A stretch of DNA of 64,000 bases from Gammaproteobacteria bacterium (GTDB lineage: Bacteria; Pseudomonadota; Gammaproteobacteria; UBA4575), in NCBI GenBank assembly GCA_965222615.1, contig CBDCUI010000009.1:960001-1024000 (forward strand), read 5' to 3'. The notes under the pieces were generated by a model, which was given only the letters and a program-made list of their open reading frames with translations, ran no database searches and had not been told where the DNA came from. This document shows positions 8,082-19,241 of the stretch, one piece after another. The first letter of the stretch is position 1, and every line of letters starts with the position of its first letter. A program made the position numbers and the translations under genes.

Positions 8082-9767
8082 TTATTCGGCAGAATCTTCT
8101 TTATTTTCTTCGATAGATTCTTTCAATATATCTCCTAAACTCATAGAAGCAGACTCATTCCTGCTGTAATCCTGAACTGCTTCTGCCTCTTCTTGATATT
8201 CTTTTGCTTTGATGGACAACGACACCATTCTAGACTTTTTATCTACACCAATAAATTTAGCTTCAATTTGCTCTCCCTCTTTTAAGACACTGCGAATGTC
8301 TTCAACGCGATCACGAGCCATCTCCGAAGCTTTCAAAATCCCTTCTATGCCCTCAGCGAGGGTTATGGTTGCTGATTTTGCATCCAGTTCGCTAACTGTT
8401 CCGGTAACAATACTACCTTTAGGATGCTCTGCAAGATAGGCCGAAAACGGATCTTTTTCTAACTGCTTAACACCAAGCGATATGCGTTCACGTTCTGCAT
8501 CAACTGACAATACCATAGCGCGAAGTTCATCACCTTTTTTATAACTGCGTACAGCTTCTTCACCTGTCACATTCCAGGCCAAATCAGATAGATGCACTAA
8601 ACCATCAATGCCACCTTCCAGGCCAACAAAAATTCCAAAGTCGGTAATAGATTTGATGACTCCGGTAACTTCACTACCTTTATCATAGCTACTTGCAAAA
8701 TCATCCCAAGGATTAGGTTGACATTGCTTCATTCCCAATGAAATTCTGCGACGTTCTTCGTCAATATCCAGAATCATTACTTCGACTTCATCTCCTAACG
8801 ATACGATCTTTGCAGGGCTAACATTCTTGTTGGTCCAATCCATCTCCGACACATGCACTAGCCCTTCAATGCCCTCTTCAATTTCTACAAAACAACCATA
8901 ATCTGCGATATTAGTAACTTTACCGAAGATGCGTGCACCTTCAGGATAACGACGGTTTATGTCGCCCCATGGATCATCATCCAACTGTTTTAAACCAAGT
9001 GACACTCGTGTTTTTTCTTTATCAAATTTGAGTACTCGCACATTGATTTCGTCCCCTATCGACACAATCTCAGATGGATGCTTTACACGTTTCCAAGCCA
9101 TATCGGTAATGTGCAGCAGCCCATCCACACCACCAAGATCCAAGAATGCGCCGTAGTCAGTCAAGTTCTTTACAATACCTTTAACTACAGCACCTTCATT
9201 TAAAGTATTGATTAACTCTTCTCGTTCCGCGCTGTACTCAGACTCAACTACAGCACGACGCGAAACCACGACATTATTTCGCTTAAGATCGATTTTGATT
9301 ACTTTGAATTCCAGCTCTTTACCTTCGAGATAAGCCGTATCTCGAACTGGACGGACGTCCACTAAAGAACCTGGCAAAAATGCACGCAAATCCCCTAACT
9401 CAACGGTAAACCCACCTTTCACTCTGCCGGTGATAACGCCAGTTATGGTTTCACCCGATTCATGAATATGTTCCAGTTCAGTCCAAGCTCGTGCACGCCG
9501 TGCTTTTTCACGTGATAAAACGGTTTCCCCATAACCATCCTCAAGGGCATCTAAGGCAACTTCAACCGTATCACCCACCTCAACTTCAAGTTCGCCCTTA
9601 TCGGTTTTGAACTGGTCAATTGGAATAATGCCTTCGGATTTTAGTCCAGCATTAACAATCACGGCATCTTTACTGATATCAACCACGGTACCATTGATAA
9701 TACTACCCGGTTGCGTATTGATATTATTTACACTCTCTTCAAAGAGCTCGGCAAAACTTTCACCCAT
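8082..9767 (-). CDS. rpsA: 30S ribosomal protein S1
   Basis: [10 protein letters not shown], repeated S1 domains, [13 protein letters not shown]. Confidence 0.97.
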   Translation of the reverse strand: MGESFAELFEESVNNINTQPGSIINGTVVDISKDAVIVNAGLKSEGIIPIDQFKTDKGELEVEVGDTVEVALDALEDGYGETVLSREKARRARAWTELEHIHESGETITGVITGRVKGGFTVELGDLRAFLPGSLVDVRPVRDTAYLEGKELEFKVIKIDLKRNNVVVSRRAVVESEYSAEREELINTLNEGAVVKGIVKNLTDYGAFLDLGGVDGLLHITDMAWKRVKHPSEIVSIGDEINVRVLKFDKEKTRVSLGLKQLDDDPWGDINRRYPEGARIFGKVTNIADYGCFVEIEEGIEGLVHVSEMDWTNKNVSPAKIVSLGDEVEVMILDIDEERRRISLGMKQCQPNPWDDFASSYDKGSEVTGVIKSITDFGIFVGLEGGIDGLVHLSDLAWNVTGEEAVRSYKKGDELRAMVLSVDAERERISLGVKQLEKDPFSAYLAEHPKGSIVTGTVSELDAKSATITLAEGIEGILKASEMARDRVEDIRSVLKEGEQIEAKFIGVDKKSRMVSLSIKAKEYQEEAEAVQDYSRNESASMSLGDILKESIEENKEDSAE

Positions 9768-9785
9768 ATTATAATTTAATAGTTC

Positions 9786-10478
9786 CTATGGCTTATGGTT
9801 CTCTGCATCGACTAACGCGACAACACATTGCACTACTTCTTCTATCGATAAATCGGTCGAATCTACAAGTACAGCGTCTGCGGCAGGACGTAGAGGTGAG
9901 ATGGCACGACTCTCATCACGGGAATCTCGCGCTTCTATCTCTTTCAAAAGGTGGTCAAGGCTAGCACTAATACCTTGTTTCTTCAACTGTTTCTGCCTTC
10001 TGATTGCACGCTCCTGCGCACTGGCGGTGAGGTAAATCTTACACTGAGCGTCAGGAAAAACTACTGTCCCCATATCACGTCCTTCCGCTACTAATCCTGG
10101 CATCATTCGAAATGCATGCTGTTTTTCTAGCAATGCGGACCGGACTTCTGGTAATGCAGCCAATTTGGAAGCACGTGCCGCACATTCTTCTGTGCGTAAA
10201 TCCTCAGAAACATCCCTTTGATCAACAAATACGCGCACATTCTCGTTCAAGTCAGTCACTTCAAAACGTATCTGCACACGTTTACACATGGAAATTAAAC
10301 TATCCAAGTCATCAACAGCAATATTCTGCCATTGGCTGCAACAAGCCAGAACTCGATATAAGGCACCACTATCTAAATAGTGATATCCCAAGTTTTCTGC
10401 CAAATGCCTAGCAACAGTACCTTTGCCAGTACCAGCTGGCCCATCAATGGTGACAACTGAAATTACTTTGTCATTCAT
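9786..10478 (-). CDS. cmk: cytidylate kinase
   Basis: TIDGPAGTGKGT, LDSGALYR, EGRDMGTVVFPDA. Confidence 0.95.
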   Translation of the reverse strand: MNDKVISVVTIDGPAGTGKGTVARHLAENLGYHYLDSGALYRVLACCSQWQNIAVDDLDSLISMCKRVQIRFEVTDLNENVRVFVDQRDVSEDLRTEECAARASKLAALPEVRSALLEKQHAFRMMPGLVAEGRDMGTVVFPDAQCKIYLTASAQERAIRRQKQLKKQGISASLDHLLKEIEARDSRDESRAISPLRPAADAVLVDSTDLSIEEVVQCVVALVDAENHKP

Positions 10479-10491
10479 AAACGCACAGGTG

Positions 10492-11799
10492 TTAGCGAAA
10501 CTTTATTCCTAACTGTGTAGCAGTTTGCACAAAATTCGGAAACGAAGTTGCCACATTTTCAACATTTTGAATACGAATTAACTTATTTGCAGCCAACGAA
10601 GCAATAACAAACGACATCGCTACACGATGATCATCACTACTTTCGACTTCTCCCCCCTGTATTTGTCCTCCTACGATATTAAGACCATCTGGTTTTTCCT
10701 CAACAACAATACCTATTTTTTGTAACCCGACTGCCATGGTATGTATACGGTCTGATTCTTTTACACGCAATTCTTCAGCACCGCGTAGTTTTGTCTCACC
10801 TGTAGCACAAGCTGCAGCAATAAATATAATTGGGAGTTCATCAATAGACTTTGTAATTAACGAATTTGGAATTTCTATACCATGTAAACGACTATTCTTT
10901 ATAAAAAGATCTGCAACAGGTTCAGTACCATATGTTCTATGGTTTTTCACTTCGATATTTGCACCCATCATTTGCAAAATTTCAATTACTCCATTACGTG
11001 TTGGATTAATTCCAACGTTTTCAATTACAAGCTCTGCAGATTTTGATATTAATGCACCGACAATGAAAAATGCTGCTGAAGAAATATCTCCAGGAACATC
11101 AAGCTGAGTTGCGAACAACCTATGCTCACCAGTTACACATACTGTATTGTTTTCTATTGTTATTGGATAGGAAAATGCTTGCAACATTCGCTCAGTATGA
11201 TCGCGTGTTTTAATACTTTCTTCTACACAAGTTTTGCCTTGTGCGTACAGACCTGCCAGCAACACACAAGATTTCACCTGCGCACTTGCAATCGGAAGTT
11301 GATAATGAATATCACACAGAAATTTTGCCGGCCGAATATCAATCGGTGGTGTACCTTCATCACTTAAGGCTATAGCAGCTCCCATTTTTTGTAACGGCTG
11401 CTGAATTCTGCGCATGGGGCGCGCAGATAACGATGCATCTCCAATCAATGTTGCAGCAAATTTTTGTCCGGACAAAATTCCTGTCATAAGCCTCATAGCA
11501 GTACCAGAATTCCCCATATCTAATTTGGATTGTGGTGCCTGTAAGCCGTGCAGACCTACTCCATGAACCATGATCTGATTTGACTGGGATTGCTCAATTT
11601 GCACACCCATGTCTCGGAAAGCTTCAATCGTCGCAATGCAATCAGCTGAAGCAAGAAACCCTTTAATTTCTGTAACCCCTTCCGCTACTGCCGCCAACAT
11701 CACTGCACGGTGCGAAATAGATTTATCACCAGGAACGCGAATAGTTCCTCTACATTGGCCGAGCGGCTCAAGTTGATAATCAGAAATGTCCATAGACAA
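10492..11799 (-). CDS. aroA: EPSP synthase
   Basis: VPGDKSISHRA, DMGNSGTAMRL, SAQVKS, LRVKESDRI, DHRVAMS. Confidence 0.95.
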   Translation of the reverse strand: MSMDISDYQLEPLGQCRGTIRVPGDKSISHRAVMLAAVAEGVTEIKGFLASADCIATIEAFRDMGVQIEQSQSNQIMVHGVGLHGLQAPQSKLDMGNSGTAMRLMTGILSGQKFAATLIGDASLSARPMRRIQQPLQKMGAAIALSDEGTPPIDIRPAKFLCDIHYQLPIASAQVKSCVLLAGLYAQGKTCVEESIKTRDHTERMLQAFSYPITIENNTVCVTGEHRLFATQLDVPGDISSAAFFIVGALISKSAELVIENVGINPTRNGVIEILQMMGANIEVKNHRTYGTEPVADLFIKNSRLHGIEIPNSLITKSIDELPIIFIAAACATGETKLRGAEELRVKESDRIHTMAVGLQKIGIVVEEKPDGLNIVGGQIQGGEVESSDDHRVAMSFVIASLAANKLIRIQNVENVATSFPNFVQTATQLGIKFR

Positions 11800-11816
11800 A
11801 GATAGCAGCGAAAAAA

Positions 11817-12680
11817 CTACGACTTTAAAAGCTTTTCATCGCGCAAACATTTAGCTTGCTTAAACAAATTATAGATCGCTTCTTCGTCTTGCCGCTTAAT
11901 TGCAGTATATAATTTCTCTAGGCAATCTCTAAAACCTTCTATGGATTGTAAAAGCTTTTCTTGATTAGCAATACAAATATCTGCCCACATTGCGGGATCA
12001 CTAGATGCAATGCGCGTAAAGTCTTTAAAACCTCCTGCTGCATAAGCAAATATGCTGTTTGCTTCAGGTCTTTCTCCTAAATAATTTACCAATGTATAGG
12101 CCACAATATGTGGTAAATGGCTAGTTGCTGATAAAATTGCGTCATGCTGTGTTGCCGTCATTTCATCTACTTTTGCTCCAACAGACATCCACATTTTGAT
12201 AATAGCTTCGACTGCTACACGATCAGTTTCGTTAGTTGGAGTTAAAATAACTTTTCTATCCTTAAACAAATTTTCTTGCGCATGTTCAAAACCACTTTGC
12301 TCACTACCTGCAATGGGATGAGCTGGCACATATTTCGAAGGCACTTCACCAAAAACTCTTTCGGCATCATCAAGTATACTGGACTTGGTGCTACCTACAT
12401 CGGTAAGTACAGTATCGGAAGACAAAGTTGATTTGAGTGACACAAATGCTTCTCTCATTTTTTGCACCGGCACTCCAAGCACAACCAAATCGGCATCCGC
12501 TACATTGCAATCTTGTAACAACAGGTATTCATCAATAATTTCCAATGACTGCGCTTGCTTCAATCGTTGTGGGTCTCTACCAATTCCTACAATAGTGTTT
12601 GCAAGCCGTAGACGTTTAAGATCTTTAGCAAGAGAAGCATTAATCAAGCCTACGCCGACAAGACAAACCTTATTAAACAT
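11817..12680 (-). CDS. tyrA: prephenate/arogenate dehydrogenase
   Basis: GVGLI, DVGSTK, HPIAGSE, SHLPH, GGFKDFTRIASSDP. Confidence 0.9.
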   Translation of the reverse strand: MFNKVCLVGVGLINASLAKDLKRLRLANTIVGIGRDPQRLKQAQSLEIIDEYLLLQDCNVADADLVVLGVPVQKMREAFVSLKSTLSSDTVLTDVGSTKSSILDDAERVFGEVPSKYVPAHPIAGSEQSGFEHAQENLFKDRKVILTPTNETDRVAVEAIIKMWMSVGAKVDEMTATQHDAILSATSHLPHIVAYTLVNYLGERPEANSIFAYAAGGFKDFTRIASSDPAMWADICIANQEKLLQSIEGFRDCLEKLYTAIKRQDEEAIYNLFKQAKCLRDEKLLKS

Positions 12681-12685
12681 GTTTA

Positions 12686-13768
12686 CTATAGCGCTGCTCT
12701 TGGATAGGAGCCCAATACTTTAAACAAATCGGCCTCTGCCTTTAACTCTTCAAGTGACGCTTGTATCGCTTTACTTTGGGCATGCCCTTCTAGATCTAGA
12801 AAGAAAACATATTCCCAATTAACACAGTGTGATGGCCTAGACTCAATACGAGTCATGCTCACATTATTTTTTGCCAATGGCTGTAACAAGCTGTAAAGCG
12901 CACCTGGTTTATTACGTGCAGAGATCAGTAATGTCGTTTTATCATCACCTGTTTGCTGCACTTCTTGCTTGCCAATAATTAAAAACCTAGTTGTGTTGTC
13001 TGGCGAGTCTTCTATATTTTTTTTGCACATTACAAGATTATATTCTTGCGCTGCCGTTTCACTAGCGATAGCTGCACTGTTGTCTTCATTACATGCACGT
13101 TGGGCTGCGTCCGCATTACTACTAACCGGCACACGCTTGACACCAGGAAGATTTGCCTCCAACCATTTTTTACACTGAGCTAAGGATTGTTGATGAGAAT
13201 ATAAAACTTGAATGTTGTTTAATTTTTTAACATTGCTTAACAAATGTTGGTGTACACGCAATTCCACTTCACCAACAATTTTTAAAGTCGATTCAAGAAA
13301 CATATCAAGTGTGCTATTCACAATTCCCTGTGTAGAGTTTTCAATCGGCACTACGCCATAATCGGCATTATCGGACTCTACTTCACGAAACACTTCATCT
13401 ATAGAATTTGCCGAAAGCGTACGGATTGAATGCCCAAAATGTTTATAAGCGGCTTCTTCCGTGAAGGTGCCTGCCGGCCCAAGGAATGCCACCTGTAAAC
13501 GCTGCTCCAAGGCCAAACATGCCGACATAATCTCTCTTACCAGCCGCGCCATCTCTTGATTTGAAAGTGGTCCATTATTATGCTCAATCACACGTTTTAA
13601 AATGCTAGCTTCACGATCAGGACGATAGAATTTCGTTGCATCCTGTTCATCCGCCTTCACAGCGGCAACTTTTTGTGCGATTTCCGCGCGTTTACTAATC
13701 AACTGCATTAGCTGTTGATCAATCGAATCAATCTCAGTGCGCAAGGATTCGAGTAATTTTTTATCCAC
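12686..13768 (-). CDS. pheA: chorismate mutase / prephenate dehydratase
   Basis: N-terminal CM domain; LGPAGTF, VVPIENS, NTTRF, IESRPS (ACT domain). Confidence 0.95.
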   Translation of the reverse strand: MDKKLLESLRTEIDSIDQQLMQLISKRAEIAQKVAAVKADEQDATKFYRPDREASILKRVIEHNNGPLSNQEMARLVREIMSACLALEQRLQVAFLGPAGTFTEEAAYKHFGHSIRTLSANSIDEVFREVESDNADYGVVPIENSTQGIVNSTLDMFLESTLKIVGEVELRVHQHLLSNVKKLNNIQVLYSHQQSLAQCKKWLEANLPGVKRVPVSSNADAAQRACNEDNSAAIASETAAQEYNLVMCKKNIEDSPDNTTRFLIIGKQEVQQTGDDKTTLLISARNKPGALYSLLQPLAKNNVSMTRIESRPSHCVNWEYVFFLDLEGHAQSKAIQASLEELKAEADLFKVLGSYPRAAL

Positions 13769-14062
13769 TTTTAAATTTGAAAATGTAGCTTAAGTATAGA
13801 AATTTTTCAGGCCTAAAATATCACTAATATTTTCGTTGCTAGTATTGTATCTTTGAAGTCTATTTAACGCATAAATTCAATTTTGTCACGCGATGAATAG
13901 GACTATTTCATAAATAGTTTAAGAAATCCCTTTATACAAATGGTTAATAGCATCTCATTTGAGAATATTGTAACAGCATCTATTACTTATGACTTAAGGG
14001 CCATAATGCTATTCTCTATTGTTGCATTTGTCTCGCTTTTAATGAATATGCAAAATGAACAC

Positions 14063-15028
14063 TCAGGCATAAAACTCATCAATAATTTTAAACCTGTCTC
14101 TAGACTCAACACTTTCTAAGTGATCTCGCATGCTAACTAATTGATAATGTTTTTGCAGACTATCAATTACATAATCTAACATCTTTATTTTATGCTCTCG
14201 GCTTAAATCCATTGCTGGGAAAAAAGCCAAGTCTTTATCGTCCTCCGCACCCAAAAAATCTAGTGGATGCAGCAGCATCGATGGTGCTGTATTTGTGAAT
14301 CTATATAGAGCTAGTGCAAAATTAAAATACAATCGAGCAAGAAAATTTGAATATTTACTTAGATAAAGTACGTAACTAACATGAGTGGGTATTTTAATAA
14401 TTGGCATGGTCGTAACAGGAATCTCGAATAAATTACACTCACCCAAATTCCACTGAAAAGGTTTATTTGGTCGTTTACAATCTCGCCAATTCCCAAATAG
14501 CTGTGAGCGCTTTTGCTTTTCTTCTTTACTGAGATCACTTTTCGAAAAGAAATATATTCTTGCCAATGAATTTAATAAGTTTGGAAATACTGAAGCGTCA
14601 TACTTATAACCCAATTCATCCAATACATGTAAAGTATCCTCAGAAAAACTAAATCCAGGTCCTCTGAACCCAATTGGTTTAACGCCTACGGACTGTTGTA
14701 TGCATTGATCCGCTAAAGACAAATCACGTAACAGCTCATTTTTATTATAAGTTTGCAACCAAGGATCATGCATGTAGCTGTGACTACCTATTTCATGTCC
14801 AGCGTCGACAATCATTTTAAGATATTTTTGGTTGTCTACTATTTCTGCGTCTTTACCGACAATGAAAAATGAAATTTTCAAGCTTTTCTTATCAAGATAT
14901 TCTAGAATCCTTGGCACGACAATGTCGAAATAACTTGGGAAACTTTCCCACCTTTTGTCTCCAAGGGTTTTCAGATAACTCCATTTATTATCCAAATCTA
15001 GTGACAGGCTGGCGTAATTTTGCTCCAT
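14063..15028 (-). CDS. polysaccharide deacetylase family protein
   Basis: SLDLD, HEIGSHSYMH, GFRGPGF, YDAS, LLHPLDF (CE4-like motifs). Confidence 0.85.
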   Translation of the reverse strand: MEQNYASLSLDLDNKWSYLKTLGDKRWESFPSYFDIVVPRILEYLDKKSLKISFFIVGKDAEIVDNQKYLKMIVDAGHEIGSHSYMHDPWLQTYNKNELLRDLSLADQCIQQSVGVKPIGFRGPGFSFSEDTLHVLDELGYKYDASVFPNLLNSLARIYFFSKSDLSKEEKQKRSQLFGNWRDCKRPNKPFQWNLGECNLFEIPVTTMPIIKIPTHVSYVLYLSKYSNFLARLYFNFALALYRFTNTAPSMLLHPLDFLGAEDDKDLAFFPAMDLSREHKIKMLDYVIDSLQKHYQLVSMRDHLESVESRDRFKIIDEFYA

Positions 15029-16047
15029 TATTTTTCGATTTTAATCGGCATGCCACTACTATTAAGTGATTTTTGCGCTGCATCCAACACCTTTAAAACA
15101 CGCATTCCATCTAAGCCATCTGTCAGAGGCGCTTGGCGTGTCTTCACACAATTCAAGAAATGCTCTGTTTCTATACTTAACGGTTCATGCATTTGAATAT
15201 GAGGTATAGTCACATCACCAAATCGAAGATTTACATACTCAGCATAGGTGTCATATTCCGTATTTGAGTCTGCGCCTTTATCATAAATTCTAAGTTTTTC
15301 ATTCGCGCTAGTATCTTCAAATACCGCCATTTTTTTACTGCCTACCAAAGTAAGACGCCTGACTTTATGTGGATCTAGCCAACTTACATGAATGTGTGCC
15401 AATGATTTTCCATTAAAGTTAAGAGTGGTAAACACAACATCCTCTACACCACTTTGCAAATAGGCTTGACCTGTAGAAGTTACCTCAGTCGGTTCTTCAC
15501 CAAGTAGATACAACACTACCGAAATATCATGCGGAGCAAAGCTCCATAAAGCATTCTCATCACCTCGCACTTTCCCAAGATTTAACCTCTGGCAATAAAA
15601 ATAATAAATATCACCAAACTCATCTTGTTGTATATATTCTTTAAGTTTATTTACAACTGGATGATATTCTAACAAGTGCCCAACCATTAAGATTTGGTCA
15701 TGGTTTTTCGCAAGACTAACTAACTCAGCACCTTCTTCAAGATTTAACACAAAGGGTTTTTCTATATACACATCTTTTCCAGCTAGTATGGCAGATTTCG
15801 CTAAGTCAAAATGAGTTGTTGCTGTAGTAGCAATTACGATAGCCTGTACCGATTCATCATCAAGAATTGTTTGATAATTAAGAGTAAATTGAACGTCCTT
15901 GTATGTTTCACTAAGCGAGATGACTAATTGATCATCTAAATCACAAATATATTTTAAATTTGCATTAGGCGACTGATAGTAATTGCGCACTAAGTTTTTC
16001 CCCCAACCACCAGCACCAATTATTGCAATATTAACTAAATCAGACAT
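15028..16047 (-). CDS. Gfo/Idh/MocA oxidoreductase (WbpB-like UDP-sugar 3-dehydrogenase)
   Basis: IGAGGWG, EKP, MVGHLLEYHP, APHDIS; sugar-cluster context. Confidence 0.85.
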   Translation of the reverse strand: MSDLVNIAIIGAGGWGKNLVRNYYQSPNANLKYICDLDDQLVISLSETYKDVQFTLNYQTILDDESVQAIVIATTATTHFDLAKSAILAGKDVYIEKPFVLNLEEGAELVSLAKNHDQILMVGHLLEYHPVVNKLKEYIQQDEFGDIYYFYCQRLNLGKVRGDENALWSFAPHDISVVLYLLGEEPTEVTSTGQAYLQSGVEDVVFTTLNFNGKSLAHIHVSWLDPHKVRRLTLVGSKKMAVFEDTSANEKLRIYDKGADSNTEYDTYAEYVNLRFGDVTIPHIQMHEPLSIETEHFLNCVKTRQAPLTDGLDGMRVLKVLDAAQKSLNSSGMPIKIEK

Positions 16048-16078
16048 TTTATTTATAAATTATGTTTTAAATTACTTG

Positions 16079-17197
16079 TTAAACACTAGCTAGAATTTCT
16101 ACAATTTTCTTTGCCGCTGTCCCATCACCAAAATATTTCTTCGCCTTTAAAACTTTATTATTATTGCATTGCGAATTATCAAAATTAAGTCTATCCATAA
16201 CCTGGAAGACATAATCACAATCTATTCCTGTTAAAGTATTTGCCCCTGCCTCAACTGTCTCTATCCACTCTGTCTCATCACGTAAGGTAATGCAAGGAGT
16301 TCCAACAAAGAACGCTTCTTTCTGAACTCCACCTGAATCCGTTATCACGACACAAGCTTCAGTCAGTAAATTAAGCATGGTTCCATAACTTACCGGGTCA
16401 ATTATTTTTAAGCGATCTAATTGATCTAAATCGATTAACTTTAGCTCATTAACCTTGGCCAAAGTTCTTGGATGCATAGGAAATAGTACCGGTATAAACT
16501 TTTTACTAAATTCGCCCAGAAGTTGAAGAATTTTTCTAAGCTCATCTGTTTGTGTATTAGCAGCTCGATGCACTGTAGCAAGACAATACTCCTGTGGCCT
16601 TACACCGTAATTCTTAAATAAATCAAAATCAGACTTATTTGTATTTTGAAAATTCAACACTGCATCAAGCATTACATCACCAACGAGTTCAGCACGACTT
16701 TCTAGATTTTCATCCTCAAGATTTTGCATAGCATTTTCAGTTGGCGCAAAAAGAATTTCTGAAGTATGATCCGCCACTACCCTATTAACTTCTTCTGGCA
16801 TGTCACGATTAAAACTTCTTAAGCCTGCCTCAATATGAGCAGATGGAATGCTCAACTTTGCAGCAACCAAAGCCCCAGCTAAAGTTGAGTTTGTATCCCC
16901 GTAGGTAAGCACAATATCTGGATGAATTTGTTCAACATATTTCTCAATTTCTATTAACATCTTTGCTGTTTGCTCAGCATGGCTACCAGATCCAACACCC
17001 AAATTAATATCTGGATTTGGCATATCTAATTCATCAAAAAATATTTTTGACATGTTGTCGTCATAATGTTGGCCTGTGTGCAAGACCACACCATGCAACT
17101 TAGTAGAATTATTGTTGTTATATTCTAAAATGGATTTAGAGACTGGGGCCAACTTCACAAACTGTGGTCTTGCCCCAACTATGTGTAAAAGCTTCAT
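16079..17197 (-). CDS. wecB: UDP-N-acetylglucosamine 2-epimerase, non-hydrolysing (WecB/WbpI-like)
   Basis: VGARPQFVK, HTGQHYD, GDTNST, HIEAGLRS, TDSGGVQKEA. Confidence 0.9.
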   Translation of the reverse strand: MKLLHIVGARPQFVKLAPVSKSILEYNNNNSTKLHGVVLHTGQHYDDNMSKIFFDELDMPNPDINLGVGSGSHAEQTAKMLIEIEKYVEQIHPDIVLTYGDTNSTLAGALVAAKLSIPSAHIEAGLRSFNRDMPEEVNRVVADHTSEILFAPTENAMQNLEDENLESRAELVGDVMLDAVLNFQNTNKSDFDLFKNYGVRPQEYCLATVHRAANTQTDELRKILQLLGEFSKKFIPVLFPMHPRTLAKVNELKLIDLDQLDRLKIIDPVSYGTMLNLLTEACVVITDSGGVQKEAFFVGTPCITLRDETEWIETVEAGANTLTGIDCDYVFQVMDRLNFDNSQCNNNKVLKAKKYFGDGTAAKKIVEILASV

Positions 17198-17325
17198 TAA
17201 TCAAATTTGTTTGGTTGATATTAATTATGATTATTAAATTTAATTAGCAACTGTATCTTTAACCTGAAATTTACAATAGAAGGTTAACTTATAATATATT
17301 AATTGTTTAAATTAATAATTAGATG

Positions 17326-17883
17326 CTAAATTTTTTTAACTTGATCATTTATTTTTTGATAAGTCTTTCCACAATCACAATTAGCAATTTCCTTACTAAA
17401 TATAATTTTACAACCACATTCGCAGATCCAACCTTGCACTCTAGCCGGATTGCCAAATACAACTGCAAAATCAGGTACGTCTTTTGTTACCACCGCACCT
17501 GCTCCTATAAAACAATACCGACCCAAATTTATGCCACATAAAATAGTCGCATTTGCGCCAATCGATGCACCTTTTTTCACCAATGTGCGCTTGTACTCAT
17601 CACGACGAGATACATGACTTCTAGGGTTAATTACATTGGTAAAAACCATGCTCGGCCCACAAAAGACATCGTCTTCCAATTCAACACCCGTATAGACCGA
17701 TACATTATTTTGAATTTTTACATTACTACCCAATTTACAACCAGTAGATATAACAACGTTTTGACCTATATTACAATTCTTACCTATAACACAATCTCGC
17801 ATAATATGTGAAAAATGCCAGACCTTTGTACCTTCACCAATTTCGCAAGGTTCGTCTATGTACGATGACTCATGAATAAACAT
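17326..17883 (-). CDS. hexapeptide-repeat N-acetyltransferase (WbpD-like)
   Basis: [33 protein letters not shown]. Confidence 0.88.
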   Translation of the reverse strand: MFIHESSYIDEPCEIGEGTKVWHFSHIMRDCVIGKNCNIGQNVVISTGCKLGSNVKIQNNVSVYTGVELEDDVFCGPSMVFTNVINPRSHVSRRDEYKRTLVKKGASIGANATILCGINLGRYCFIGAGAVVTKDVPDFAVVFGNPARVQGWICECGCKIIFSKEIANCDCGKTYQKINDQVKKI

Positions 17884-17899
17884 AAATACTATTCATTAA

Positions 17900-19210
17900 C
17901 TAATTACTAAAATTAGATTGGATAAATGTTTTAACATTCCTAATTACTTCATTGTTATTTAATGTGTTACTGGTAAATTGAGAAGTATTTAATACCAAAA
18001 AATCTGGATGGCTAGTTCCCACCTTCGGAACATAATCCGAGAAATTTAATACTTGCAATGGTTGTACGTATCTTGCTCTATTTATATAAATTTCATCAAC
18101 ATCATCTATAGGATAAGTAGGAAACATCATCCCTAACCCTTTCAAAAATTGATCTTTTATCACCTGGTCACTTGAGTTAAATAATTGGTCACTGGAATGA
18201 ATATATTTAGGAAAGTAGGTTAAATACTGTCCATTCGTCTCACTCACATCTACTACAGTACTCATCCCAATTACACCAGTAAACGGTATCTCTTCATCCG
18301 CTATATTTGTAACATAAAAATCGACAATAGGTGTTTTAGAAATTGTTACCATGCATATCACCCCAAGATATTCTACAAGCTGTCCAGTTTTATAAGTTTC
18401 GACTAATTCTTGTGAAACAACCTTCTGCATTAATTGGGTAGGTGCTGTAAAAATTACTTTGTCAAACTTCTGCTCATGATGTTCTTTTATCGAATTTTCA
18501 TACTTAATAGATATTGCTTGATTATTTTGAAATATCTTTTCAACAGAAGTATCGGTAAGGAGGCTTCCACCTGCAGAGCATATGAGATCTTCTAATCGAT
18601 TGAATACTGTTTTGTAACCACCTTGAACGTGACCTAATTGTTCTTTGCCTATGGAAGGATCGCGCGCTGAAAAAAGACGTCTTATATAAGTCCAAATAAA
18701 TACGGCTGACACACGTTTGTAATTCTCACCAAGTTTAGCAAGTAATAATGGCATCCAAAATTTTTGTAAAGCCTCTTCACCTGTATATTTACGTAACCAT
18801 GCCTCTACTGGTATAGATTCTAACTTCTTCCAATTTTTAATACGTGTGCAATAAAGTATTCCTAAGACAAGTCTGAATTTCGACCACCAACTAAGCAATG
18901 GAAAAAACAGAAATTCGATATTATTGCTCAAGCTGTACATCTTTTTATTTACAAAATAACCAGTCCTGGTATTTTGCCAATGTAAATTATTCTCTAATCC
19001 TATTTCTTTTATATATGTAATTAAATAACGATCAGAAGGTAAAATCACATGATAAAAACGATCCCAATAAAAATTTCCAAATCGTTGATAGGTGGCAAGC
19101 CCGCCAAGCTGATTCGCACGCTCAAAAACGGTTACTTTATGCCCCATACTTACTAATTGTTCCGCCAATGCCAGGCCAGTTAATCCACCACCCACGATTC
19201 CTATTTCCAT
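17900..19210 (-). CDS. FAD-dependent oxidoreductase (protoporphyrinogen-oxidase-like, glycan-cluster type)
   Basis: GIVGGGLTG, FER...LGGL, WDRFYHVI; start moved to ATG 19210 to avoid overlap with the upstream gene. Confidence 0.8.
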   Translation of the reverse strand: MEIGIVGGGLTGLALAEQLVSMGHKVTVFERANQLGGLATYQRFGNFYWDRFYHVILPSDRYLITYIKEIGLENNLHWQNTRTGYFVNKKMYSLSNNIEFLFFPLLSWWSKFRLVLGILYCTRIKNWKKLESIPVEAWLRKYTGEEALQKFWMPLLLAKLGENYKRVSAVFIWTYIRRLFSARDPSIGKEQLGHVQGGYKTVFNRLEDLICSAGGSLLTDTSVEKIFQNNQAISIKYENSIKEHHEQKFDKVIFTAPTQLMQKVVSQELVETYKTGQLVEYLGVICMVTISKTPIVDFYVTNIADEEIPFTGVIGMSTVVDVSETNGQYLTYFPKYIHSSDQLFNSSDQVIKDQFLKGLGMMFPTYPIDDVDEIYINRARYVQPLQVLNFSDYVPKVGTSHPDFLVLNTSQFTSNTLNNNEVIRNVKTFIQSNFSN

Positions 19211-19241
19211 TTTTTTCTTTGCCAATCTAAAGTGGCCTACA